Source: Planctomycetota bacterium (GTDB lineage Bacteria > Planctomycetota > B15-G4). From it: a stretch of DNA of 64,000 nucleotides. Within the stretch, counting starts at the first letter, position 1; the number at the start of each line of letters is the position of its first letter. The stretch covers positions 2,784,001 to 2,848,000 of the forward strand of contig CBDFJQ010000002.1 of NCBI GenBank assembly GCA_965248575.1. The letters run 5' to 3'. The position numbers were made by a program, and so were the translations under genes. Shown in pieces: positions 36,769 through 46,008 of this stretch. The notes under the pieces are model-generated. The model saw only the letters and a list, made by a program, of their open reading frames with translations. It was not told the DNA's origin and ran no database searches.

Positions 36769-39700
36769 CGCCTGCATCGACGAAGGCCCTCGCCCGGCGG
36801 CCGTCGGGGCCCAGCTCGCCTTGCCAGCCTTCCGCCTCTTCGGACAGGCCTCGCAAGCCGCACAATTCTGCCAGGGCCGAGGCGGACTTCTGGGCAGCCC
36901 ACGAATCGGGGCCCCACCGGTTGCGTGCCTCTTCATGAGCGAGCTCCAAGGCGTCCGTCGCCTGCTCGAGGCGCCCGTCGCAGGCAGCCACCCGCGCCAG
37001 CTCGAAGCCGAGGTCCCAGGGCAGATGCCCCGTGGCAAAGTCGCTGGCTCGCGCCCGTTCCAAGGCTGAGCTGAGCAACGCCTCCGCCGCCGGAAAGTCG
37101 CCCGAAAGGCGCAGCAAGGTGGCCTCCTGATGCGCCAGGGACAAAGCCTCCGCCTGCGACGGGTCGAGCTGCCCGTAGGCAGCAGACAGCTCGTCGAACA
37201 CGGCACGAGCCTCGGCCAGACGCCCCACCTCCAGCAGCGCGGAGATCTGGCCGGTGCGAGCCTCCACCACCAACTCGTGAGAGGCGCCCATTCTGGGGAC
37301 TAGGCTCTCCAACGCACCCTCGATGAGCGGCAACGCCTGCTCGCCGCGTCCCTGGTTCGTCCACGCTCGGGCCAGCCAGAGGAGGCAGCGCAAGATCGTC
37401 GGGTGGTCGCTTGCAAGCGTCGTGCGCAGGCCCTGGATCGTCTCCAACAGCAAGGGCTCGGCCTCCGCATAGCGACCAGAGTTCAGCATGCAATAGGCGC
37501 GGTTCATTTGCGCCGCGTGCCGATCCGGGTGGTTCTCCCCCAGCACTTCGCGATAGATGGCTTCCGCCTCGTGCAGCAGCCGATCGGCGCTCTGCATTCG
37601 GCGCTCGTTCATGTCGACGTTGCTGAGGTCCATGAGCGTGTGGGCCAGCTCGATGTGCTTGTCACCCAGGTGCTCGCGCATGAGCGCCACGGTCTGCTCG
37701 TACTCCCGTCGCGCTCCCACGAGGTCACCATTGCGTAGCATCGTGTACCCGCGCCCGCGGCGGGCACTCAGCAACCACGAAGGCGGCGGCGAGAGCTGGG
37801 CACTGGCCTCGATGACCTCGTCAATGACGTCTCCTGCCTCGTCGATGCGCCCCATGTCGACGAGCAGCGCGGCATGCCGGCGGCGCGTCAGCAAGGTGCG
37901 ATGGTGGCTCGGCCCCACGACCCGCAGCATCCCACTGACCGCTGTCTCATAGGCAAGCAGGGACTCGTCGTAGCGCCCCATACTCTTGTAGATGAGCGCC
38001 TTCTCCACGAGTCCTTGGAGGGTCTCGGGGTGCTCCGGCCCAAAGGTCTGCTCGAAATCCTGCTGGAGCTCAAGGGTCAGGCTGAGCGCCTGCTCATGCG
38101 CACCAGCCAGCAGGTCCAGTCCGGCCAGGCTCCTCCGTACGTACAGGGAATCCAGGGGGTCTTCGTCCTCGCTCTCGGCACGCAGCTGCAAGGCTTCCTC
38201 GAACAGGCTCCGTGCCTCCTGATATCGGTTCGCCGTCATCAGGACCCGGCCCAGAGTGGACGTCGCTTTCACCGCCACTGCGTGCTCCGGCCCCAGGTCG
38301 TTGCCCGCCCGCTCGATGATCCCCTTCAGTCTTCGTTCAGCCTCGTCGAGAGCTCCACGGCTGTGCAGGGTCATGCAGAGCTTCAGCTCGGCATCAAGAC
38401 TGCGGACATCCTCGGCCCCGAAGAGCCGCAAACCCGCATCCAGCAGCTCCGATTGAACGGCCAGGGCCCGCTGGGAATCACCCGCCGCCCGAGACGCTTC
38501 GCCCAAGTTCAACTGCACGGATCGGCTCTCCGACGCGTCCGGGCCGAGCAGTGCACGCCAGCCCACCAAGGCCGTCTCGAGATGCCGCTTGGCATCGGGG
38601 AAGCGCCCCAACGCGAGGTAAGCGAGCCCGAGCGTCTCCTGGATGCGCGCTTGCACGCGCTCGCTCGACTGCAGGCTCTCTGCCCGTTCCGCTGCAGCGT
38701 CGATCACCGCGCTCATGCGTACATCCCAGCCCTCGTTGCCCGAGTGCACCGAAAGCATCATGCGGGTGACGTACTCCGTCAGGGCCTCGGCGTCTTCGAG
38801 GGCCGCCTGCAGGCTTCGCCGAGCCTCCTGCGCCTCGGCCAAGGCGGCGCGTTCGCGCTTCAAGAGCTTCAGGTTCGTCGTATTCCTCTCGCGTGCTTCA
38901 CTCAACCCCCAGGCCATGGCAGCCAGGCCTGCCAGCAGCAGGAACATGCCGATCGAGGCGCCGAGCACGAGCGCCCGGTTCTTGCGAGCGAAACGCCGCA
39001 GCTGGTCAGCGGTGCTCGCGGGGCGGGCCACGATGGGCTCGTCGGCGAGCAGCCGTCGGATGTCCGCCACGAACTCCGCAGCCGACTGGTAGCGCCGCTC
39101 CGGGAGCTTGTGCATCGCCATGGCGAGGATCGTCTCGCCATCGCCCACGAGCTCCTGGTTCCAGGCGCCAGCCAAGGGCCCATCCTGCTCGCCAATGGCG
39201 CGCAAGGCATCGGGTAGGGAGAGCTGCTGCAGATCATAGGGCGCACGCCCGGTGAGCAGCTCGTAGCCCAACACACCCAGGGCGTAGACATCGCTGCGCG
39301 TATCGATGCGAGCCGCATCTCCCGCCGCTTGCTCGGGGCTCATGTATTGCAGGGTTCCCACCAGGATGCCCTGTGCCGTGGCATGGGCACTGAGGGACAC
39401 ATCGGGTTCCAGCAGGCGCGCCACACCGAAGTCCAGGATGCGCGGCTGCAGCGCGTCGTCCACCAGCACGTTGTCGGGCTTCAGGTCGCGGTGAACGACG
39501 CCCCGGCTGTGGGCGTGCGCCACGCCTTCACCGATCCGCGCCAGCAACTGCAGACGATCGCGCGTGTTGGGCGACAGCGCGCGCACCGCTGCCGTCAGGG
39601 GCCTGCCCGCTACGAACTCCATGGCGAGATAGGGCCGTGGCCCGCCGCCGAAATCCGTGTTCCCCGCCTCGTGGATCGAGGCGATGTAGGGGTGGTCCAA

Positions 39701-40120
39701 GCGGCCCAGGGCATCCGCCTCCATCTGGAAGCGACGCAAGGCCGCCTCCGACGCCATGCCCGAGCGCAGGACCTTCAACGCCACACGCCGCCGGGGGTTC
39801 TCCTGCACGGCTTCGTAGACGGTCCCCATGCTTCCGCGACCTACGGCTCGCAGGACCTGATAGGGCCCCATGCGTTCTGGAACGGGCTCTTCGGACGCGG
39901 CAGCCCTGGCTGCCCTCAACCGCTCCACGTTGAGCAGCGGCGTGTCCAGCGGGCCGTCCTGCTGGGTGGCGAACGTCAACAGTTCGCTCACCTCGGCGAA
40001 GAGCGCGTCCGACTCCGCGCAGGGCTCGCCCAGCTGTTGACGAAGCCAGACCAGGCGCTCGCCAGTGGGCAGGGCGCGCGCCGCCTCGAACAACTCCCGC
40101 AGGCGTGTCGAGTCGCTCAC
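36749..40120 (-). CDS. Hanks-type Ser/Thr protein kinase with TM segment and many TPR repeats
   Basis: GRGSMGTVY, VALK, HRDLKPDN, DFG, GTLQYMSPEQ and SDVYALG motifs; TM; repeated G..HP TPRs. Confidence 0.93.
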   Translation of the reverse strand: MSDSTRLRELFEAARALPTGERLVWLRQQLGEPCAESDALFAEVSELLTFATQQDGPLDTPLLNVERLRAARAAASEEPVPERMGPYQVLRAVGRGSMGTVYEAVQENPRRRVALKVLRSGMASEAALRRFQMEADALGRLDHPYIASIHEAGNTDFGGGPRPYLAMEFVAGRPLTAAVRALSPNTRDRLQLLARIGEGVAHAHSRGVVHRDLKPDNVLVDDALQPRILDFGVARLLEPDVSLSAHATAQGILVGTLQYMSPEQAAGDAARIDTRSDVYALGVLGYELLTGRAPYDLQQLSLPDALRAIGEQDGPLAGAWNQELVGDGETILAMAMHKLPERRYQSAAEFVADIRRLLADEPIVARPASTADQLRRFARKNRALVLGASIGMFLLLAGLAAMAWGLSEARERNTTNLKLLKRERAALAEAQEARRSLQAALEDAEALTEYVTRMMLSVHSGNEGWDVRMSAVIDAAAERAESLQSSERVQARIQETLGLAYLALGRFPDAKRHLETALVGWRALLGPDASESRSVQLNLGEASRAAGDSQRALAVQSELLDAGLRLFGAEDVRSLDAELKLCMTLHSRGALDEAERRLKGIIERAGNDLGPEHAVAVKATSTLGRVLMTANRYQEARSLFEEALQLRAESEDEDPLDSLYVRRSLAGLDLLAGAHEQALSLTLELQQDFEQTFGPEHPETLQGLVEKALIYKSMGRYDESLLAYETAVSGMLRVVGPSHHRTLLTRRRHAALLVDMGRIDEAGDVIDEVIEASAQLSPPPSWLLSARRGRGYTMLRNGDLVGARREYEQTVALMREHLGDKHIELAHTLMDLSNVDMNERRMQSADRLLHEAEAIYREVLGENHPDRHAAQMNRAYCMLNSGRYAEAEPLLLETIQGLRTTLASDHPTILRCLLWLARAWTNQGRGEQALPLIEGALESLVPRMGASHELVVEARTGQISALLEVGRLAEARAVFDELSAAYGQLDPSQAEALSLAHQEATLLRLSGDFPAAEALLSSALERARASDFATGHLPWDLGFELARVAACDGRLEQATDALELAHEEARNRWGPDSWAAQKSASALAELCGLRGLSEEAEGWQGELGPDGRRARAFVDAGARAPAR

Positions 40121-40127
40121 GGGTCTC

Positions 40128-40673
40128 TCACGGGTTGGGCCCGTCCGTCGCCAGGCTGCGCATCAACCAGGCCCGCGCGAACTGCCAGTCGCTGTCGACG
40201 GTGCGCCGCGACACCTCCAGGGCTTGCGCCACTTCCCGGATGGAGAGCCCTCCGAAGAAGCGCAACTCCACCACACGAGCGGCTCGCGGCTGGTCCTGTG
40301 CCAAGCGTTGCAAGGCATCTTCCAACTCCAGGACATCCAACTCTTGAGCCTGCTCGTCTACGAAGGCCTGGCTCAGGGTCACGCGCGTCCAGGCACCACC
40401 CCGCTTGGCAGCGCGTCTGCGTCGGGCATGGTCCACGAGGATCTCACGCACGACCCGGGATGCCACGGCCTGGAAGTGCGCGGCGTCGTTGAAGCTCGAG
40501 GCTTTGCCGCCACTCAGCCGCAGCCAGGCCTCATGCACGAGCGCCGTTGGCTGGAGGGTGTGGCTCGAACGCTCTTGTCGCATGGCGTGCTCAGCCAACT
40601 GGTGGAGGCACTCGTACACCTCCGGCCAAGCATTCGATGCGCCGTCAAACGTGCGGGGCTCCTCTTGGGTCAA
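40128..40673 (-). CDS. ECF sigma factor, TIGR02999-like, kinase-associated
   Basis: HTLQPTALVHEAWLRL, ILVDHARRR.AAKRGG and VELRFFGGL..DWQFARAWL motifs; TTG start after GGGAG (approximate). Confidence 0.9.
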   Translation of the reverse strand: MTQEEPRTFDGASNAWPEVYECLHQLAEHAMRQERSSHTLQPTALVHEAWLRLSGGKASSFNDAAHFQAVASRVVREILVDHARRRRAAKRGGAWTRVTLSQAFVDEQAQELDVLELEDALQRLAQDQPRAARVVELRFFGGLSIREVAQALEVSRRTVDSDWQFARAWLMRSLATDGPNP

Positions 40674-40705
40674 CAGCAAAGACTCCCGGCGAATGATGAA
40701 TGATG

Positions 40706-42355
40706 TCAGGGAACGTCGATGCGCACGGCATTGGAACTGGCGTAGCCGAACACACCACCCACGTCTTCGAACCACCACTGTAGGAACAGGGTCGTCCCCG
40801 ACGGGATGTTGTTGGGCCAAAGCCCCGAGATGTCAGCTTGTCCCAGGCCGTCAATGCCACGCAGCAGGATCTTGTCGACGGAGGGCACCAGCACGCCGCC
40901 TTCGAAGGCGAGGTTTGCCTCGTTGAAGCCCATGATGAAGAAGCCGAGTTCGCCGGGCGCCCCGCCGAACAGCTCGAAGGCACCGGGCGTCCCGGGCAAC
41001 AAGCTGCCCTCGGCCAGGTGGATCGGCAAACCACTCGAGCCGGCCAGCGCCTTGCCGAGGTCCGTGAAGGGTGAGCCGGCGCCATAGCTGCGGTTGATGA
41101 GCACACCCACCTCATCCGTGCCGAACAAGCCGGTATTGAGCGCCACCACCACGTCGAGGTCCCCGTCACCGTCCAGGTCGCCCAGCTTGAGGTCGGCGGG
41201 GATCGTCGCCGCGAAAGTATTGACCAGCGCAAACGATCCGTCGCCGGCGCCCTTCCAGATGTCGATGCTGCCGTTGATGTCGGACGTGACGGCGTCCAGC
41301 TCAGCGTCTCCATCGAGATCCCCCACCTGCATGGCGGTGGACGCTCCCGCAGCCGGGCTGAAGACGATCGACCCGAAGGTCCCATCCCCTTGGCCGGGGA
41401 AGAACATCAAGCCGCCCATGCCATTGCCCACGACCATGTCCAGGTCGCCGTTGCCGTCCAAGTCCACGAGCTCCACATCGTAGGGCGTTCCCGCTCCGGC
41501 GCTGACCTCCACCGCAGGGGCCCAGGTCGTCGTGCTGAGACCCATGAAGACAGAGATCGTGAACAGGGACGAGGAGTTGGTCACGACCACATCCATGAAG
41601 CCGTCGTCATCGAGATCGCCTACGGCCAGCGAGTGCCCACCGCCGGTGCTCAGGCCGTGTCCCCCGATCTGGGTGAATCCCCCCAGGCCATCGGCCACCA
41701 GGGCGCTGAAGGCATCGCCCGGGCTGAAGGGTCCGGTGAAACCGATCTTGATCACATCCAAGTGGCCGTCGTTCCCTTGCAGATCGACGATGCGGCCCAA
41801 GGCTCCGCTTCCGGAGAGGGTCGACCCTTCGTAGGAGAACGAGCCGAAGGGAATCGCTCCCGAACCCTCGAAGAACACCGCACGACCAAGCGCTTCACCC
41901 TCGATGGCGACCCAGTCCAGGTGACCGTTGCCGTTCACATCCGCCACGCCAGCCGAACCCAGAAGGTGCGTGGTCAGGGTCTGCCCTTGAACCGGAGCGG
42001 CCAAGCTCCCGTCCCCAACACCTGCCAGGACGTTGTAGGTCACGTTGTTCGAGAACAGAAGGTCCAGTTCCGGAACCGTGAGCACATCGAGCGTCCCGTT
42101 CTCGTCGAAGTCCCCGAGCTCTACCGAGTACGCGCCGTTGAGCAGCGGGTACTCCGCCAGCGATTCAAACGGAATCTGGGCGCCGATGGGCGCACCCCAG
42201 GCGAGCACAGCGCAACCGAGCAAGGCGCCGACACTCCACGCTCGCAGGCGCTGATCGGATTGGGCGCGGCCACACCGACCTGGGTCGAGCTGGGCGGCCT
42301 GGCCCACAGGGGTGCTCGGACAAACGAGATTGGATTCCTTCGATGCCTGGCTCAT
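40706..42355 (-). CDS. Secreted FG-GAP repeat protein with a conserved C-terminal domain
   Basis: About seven GDLDGDG.LD-type repeats; C-terminal FLQWWFEDVGGVFGYASSNAV. Confidence 0.85.
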   Translation of the reverse strand: MSQASKESNLVCPSTPVGQAAQLDPGRCGRAQSDQRLRAWSVGALLGCAVLAWGAPIGAQIPFESLAEYPLLNGAYSVELGDFDENGTLDVLTVPELDLLFSNNVTYNVLAGVGDGSLAAPVQGQTLTTHLLGSAGVADVNGNGHLDWVAIEGEALGRAVFFEGSGAIPFGSFSYEGSTLSGSGALGRIVDLQGNDGHLDVIKIGFTGPFSPGDAFSALVADGLGGFTQIGGHGLSTGGGHSLAVGDLDDDGFMDVVVTNSSSLFTISVFMGLSTTTWAPAVEVSAGAGTPYDVELVDLDGNGDLDMVVGNGMGGLMFFPGQGDGTFGSIVFSPAAGASTAMQVGDLDGDAELDAVTSDINGSIDIWKGAGDGSFALVNTFAATIPADLKLGDLDGDGDLDVVVALNTGLFGTDEVGVLINRSYGAGSPFTDLGKALAGSSGLPIHLAEGSLLPGTPGAFELFGGAPGELGFFIMGFNEANLAFEGGVLVPSVDKILLRGIDGLGQADISGLWPNNIPSGTTLFLQWWFEDVGGVFGYASSNAVRIDVP

Positions 42356-42668
42356 GGAGACCTCTTCTCTTCGCTGGACTGTAAAAGGGTGTCTTGCTGG
42401 CACTGACTGGGGGCACGGCAGCGCCGCTGCTCGAACGGCTGGCTCGGCAGCAGCTCACGAACCGCTCCTACCCCCCCCAAGCGCAATCCAACCCTGGCCT
42501 GCGCAACACGATTTGCTGCCTTTCTCGTCATGAAGGCGCTCCTGCGTCCGAATTCCCAGCATTCCACACGGAACGGATTCGCGGTAGGGTCGCGCGGCCG
42601 CTCTGAACGGGCTCGGCGCCGGCACCCCTGGACCGGCTTGCAGCTCCCACCTCCCCACACGACGCTGC

Positions 42669-44162
42669 ATGCTCGTCCTCTTCCACAACATCGAGTTCCT
42701 GGCATTTTTCGTGCCAGTTCTGCTGTTGTACTGGGGAGCTCCCCATCGCTACCGCAACGGACTGTTGCTGGTGGCCAGCTACGTCTTCTACGGCAGCTGG
42801 AACTGGAAGTTCCTGGGCTGCATCTTGGCCTCGACGGCGCTCGATTACCTCTGCGGGCTCGCGATCCACCGGTCCGAGAACCCACGCAAGCGGAAGCTGC
42901 TTCTCACGCTGAGCGTGGTGGTCAACCTCGGCATGCTGGGCTTCTTCAAGTACTACAACTTCTTCATCGAGAGCGCCGTTGCGCTCGCGGACAGCTTCGG
43001 TGTAGTGCTCAGCGCCCCCACGCTGGACATCCTGCTGCCCATCGGCATCTCGTTCTACACCTTCCAGACGATGAGCTACAGCATCGACATCTTCCGGAAG
43101 AAGATCGAGCCCACCACCAACGTGGTCGATTTCGCGCTCTTCGTGGTGTTCTTCCCGCAGCTCATCGCGGGCCCCATCGAGAAGGCCCGCAACCTCCTGC
43201 CGCAGCTTCAGCTGCGCAAGCACCTGAGCGAGGTGGACTGGCGCAAGGGGATCTACCTCTACCTCTACGGCTGCTTCCTCAAGCTCGCCATCGCCGACCC
43301 GGTCGGCCACATGGTGAACCAGGCCTTCGGCGCACCCGACGGGAGCCTCATACGCCTCGACACAGGAGGCTCACGTGTCCTGCTGGCCCTCTACGGCTAC
43401 GCGCTCCAGATCTACTGCGACTTCTCCGGCTACTCCAAGATGGCTCGCGGTCTGGCCTGCATGCTCGGGGTGCGCCTGAGCCGCAACTTCTACATGCCGT
43501 TCTTCGCACGCGGCTACCTCGACTTCTACAAACGCTGGCACATCACCCTCAGCGAGTGGATCGGCGAATACGTCTACATGCCGCTGTACTACGCCATCCC
43601 CCGCATGCGCTGGTTCCGCGGCATCGAAAGCACCGCCACCCGTCTCTACATTTCGGCGGCCCTGGCGCTGCTGGTCACCCGCATCGCCTTCGGGCTCTGG
43701 CACGGGGCTTCCATGACCTTCGTCTGCCTGGGCATGTTCATCTACTTCGGGCAACTGCTCTCGGCCTACGCGCACCAGGCCACCAAACACACGGCCCTGC
43801 GAAACAACCCGGTTCAGGCCGCCATCGCGCGGCCGCTGCAAAGCCTGTTCATGATCCACATGTTCGCCTTTGCCATGCTGTTCTTCCGATCCCATGGCCT
43901 GGAGCAGGTGGGTACCTTCGCGTCGCACCTCTTCACCGATGTGAACGTGGCAGAGCTGTTCCGCTTCGACATGATCTGGTGCCTCTACCTGCCAGCGCTC
44001 TTCATCTACGCCTACGAGCTGCTGCAGTATCGCGCCGATGATGAGTTCCTCATCCTGCGGCAGAGCGGCTACCGGAAGTTGGCATTCTCCCTGACACTGG
44101 TCATACTCTGGACGCTAACGAACACGCCGGAAGGCGATTTGTTCATCTACTTCCAGTTCTGA
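42669..44162 (+). CDS. MBOAT family O-acyltransferase (AlgI/PatA/DltB-like)
   Basis: FFKYYNFF, LPIGISFYTFQ, FFPQLIAGPI, QIYCDFSGYS, RWHITLS and GLWHG motifs; C-terminal FIYFQF. Confidence 0.93.
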   Translation: MLVLFHNIEFLAFFVPVLLLYWGAPHRYRNGLLLVASYVFYGSWNWKFLGCILASTALDYLCGLAIHRSENPRKRKLLLTLSVVVNLGMLGFFKYYNFFIESAVALADSFGVVLSAPTLDILLPIGISFYTFQTMSYSIDIFRKKIEPTTNVVDFALFVVFFPQLIAGPIEKARNLLPQLQLRKHLSEVDWRKGIYLYLYGCFLKLAIADPVGHMVNQAFGAPDGSLIRLDTGGSRVLLALYGYALQIYCDFSGYSKMARGLACMLGVRLSRNFYMPFFARGYLDFYKRWHITLSEWIGEYVYMPLYYAIPRMRWFRGIESTATRLYISAALALLVTRIAFGLWHGASMTFVCLGMFIYFGQLLSAYAHQATKHTALRNNPVQAAIARPLQSLFMIHMFAFAMLFFRSHGLEQVGTFASHLFTDVNVAELFRFDMIWCLYLPALFIYAYELLQYRADDEFLILRQSGYRKLAFSLTLVILWTLTNTPEGDLFIYFQF

Positions 44163-44265
44163 CCGGGCGACCTCACAGGCTCCCCAGCCCCTCCAGCACC
44201 CCCGAACCCACCCCGGGCAGGTCGAGGCATCGGCGCTCGCGTGGGGCAATAAGAGAAAGTCCAGC

Positions 44266-44523
44266 ATGAGCGTTGTGGCGCAGATTCGCGAAATCCTCGA
44301 GGCAGAGCGGGACTTCAAGTTGACGGACAAGGTCACGGACGATGACCACCTGATTGAGACTGGAGTCGTCGATTCCTTCGGCATGATCTCGCTCGTCGTC
44401 CTGCTCGAGAAGAAGTTCACCATCAAGGTGAATCCCGAAGACGTGTCCCAGGACGACTTCCGCTCCATCGGTGCCATCGCCCGCTACGTGGAAGGAAAGC
44501 TGGGTGGCGGCGATCGCGGTTGA
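44266..44523 (+). CDS. Acyl/aminoacyl carrier protein (DltC-like)
   Basis: 85 aa, acidic; GVVDSFGMISL phosphopantetheinylation motif; F.SI..IA.YV. Confidence 0.88.
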   Translation: MSVVAQIREILEAERDFKLTDKVTDDDHLIETGVVDSFGMISLVVLLEKKFTIKVNPEDVSQDDFRSIGAIARYVEGKLGGGDRG

Positions 44524-45268
44524 TCACATCCAGTTCTCTGTCCCCGACCTAGCCGGCGCCGTGGCGGCGCTCCAAGCGCGGGGTTGGGCGCTCGACTTTG
44601 AGGCCCCCGACTTCGTCACCGAGGCTCGCCCGTACTTTCGTGAGCGCGGTAAGAGCATCGCTTTCCTCAAGCGCAAGCAGGCGGCCATCGAGATCATCAA
44701 CGGCTCCCGCCATCCAGGGCCGGAGCAGTGGACGCCGGTGTTCTCGAACCCCTGGAGCGAAGGCACGCCCGTCGCCGACACCCGGCTGCACCAGGCCGAG
44801 GTAGCCGAGGCAGAGGAGTCGTACGTCGACGAGCTGGGAGGGGTGTGCCGATTCGAGCGACAGGCCGTTTCCGACACCGGCCCCGACACCGACTTGCTGG
44901 GCCTGCTCCTCAAGAGCCCCAAGCCGGAGGCATCGGCACGCTTCCTGGAACTCCTGGGCTTCCAGCGAGATGCCGACCACAGCGATCGGCTGGTTTTCCC
45001 CGGCAACTTCTTTGGGATGCCGCTGCACGTGTCCATCACACCTGTGGACGGCGACCCGCCCGGTGACAACCTCGTCGACGACCTGGGCATGAGCCTCATC
45101 GCCCTCATCAGCAAGGACCTGGCGACCGACGTCGCCAGCCTTCGTGCCGCAGGGCACTCCGTCAGCGAGACGTTTGAGTACGTCATCAACGGGCGACTCA
45201 TCGCCAACGTGGTCGCCCGGGGCCCGGGGGGCGAATTGGTAGAGCTCATCTCGCTAGGAGGGCAGTGA
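44504..45268 (+). CDS. VOC (glyoxalase/epimerase/dioxygenase fold) family protein
   Basis: VDHIQFSVPDL..A, IEII, F.ELLGF and C-terminal RGPGGELVELI motifs; two-module layout. Confidence 0.65.
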   Translation: MAAIAVDHIQFSVPDLAGAVAALQARGWALDFEAPDFVTEARPYFRERGKSIAFLKRKQAAIEIINGSRHPGPEQWTPVFSNPWSEGTPVADTRLHQAEVAEAEESYVDELGGVCRFERQAVSDTGPDTDLLGLLLKSPKPEASARFLELLGFQRDADHSDRLVFPGNFFGMPLHVSITPVDGDPPGDNLVDDLGMSLIALISKDLATDVASLRAAGHSVSETFEYVINGRLIANVVARGPGGELVELISLGGQ

Positions 45269-45269
45269 C

Positions 45270-46001
45270 ATGACCGACGAGCTCGTGCTCCCCCAGTTCC
45301 TCGGCATCGGTGTCGTCAAGGCCGGTACCACCTGGCTGCATCGGAACCTGTTCGAGCACCCCGATCTCTATCTTCCGGTTCAGAAGCCCGTCTTCTTCTG
45401 GGATCGCCACCGCGAGCGGGGGCTCGAACTCTATTCGCGCATCTTCTCCCCCGGTCGGGACAAGCTGCGAGGCGAGTTCACAGCCAGCTACAGCGTGCTC
45501 TCGCCCGAGATCAAGAACGAGATCCGTCAGCTCATCCCAGAGCTGCGGCTGGTGCTGCTCCTGCGTGAACCCCGCAGCCGCGCGTGGTCGGAAGCCAAGA
45601 TGGAGTTGACCCTCATCCAGGAGCGCGAAGCCGCTGCCCTGATGGAGGACGACTACCTCAGCTTCCTCAAGTCCGATCAGTGCCGCGAGCGCGGCGATTA
45701 CGCCGCCATCATCCGCGCCTGGACCGAGTGCTTCCCTCGCGAGCAGATCTACATCGGGCTCTACGACCAGATTCGGGATGACCCCCGACAGCTGCTCACG
45801 GAGGTGCTCCAGCACCTGGGCGTCGAGGCACCCTCCGACTGGAGCGGATACCCTTTCACGGAACGCATCTTCAAGGGCCCCGAAATCGCGCAGCCAGACA
45901 GCTGCCGGGACTACCTTGAACAGGCCTACCAAACCTCCGAAATCGAGCAGGTTTCGGCGCTTTGCGGCTTGGATCTCGTCAAGGCCTGGAACTACGGATG
46001 A
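45270..46001 (+). CDS. PAPS-dependent sulfotransferase
   Basis: FLGIGVVKAGTTWL (5'-PSB), LLREPRSRAWS (3'-PB); GGAGG RBS. Confidence 0.88.
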   Translation: MTDELVLPQFLGIGVVKAGTTWLHRNLFEHPDLYLPVQKPVFFWDRHRERGLELYSRIFSPGRDKLRGEFTASYSVLSPEIKNEIRQLIPELRLVLLLREPRSRAWSEAKMELTLIQEREAAALMEDDYLSFLKSDQCRERGDYAAIIRAWTECFPREQIYIGLYDQIRDDPRQLLTEVLQHLGVEAPSDWSGYPFTERIFKGPEIAQPDSCRDYLEQAYQTSEIEQVSALCGLDLVKAWNYG

Positions 46002-46008
46002 ACGCCTG

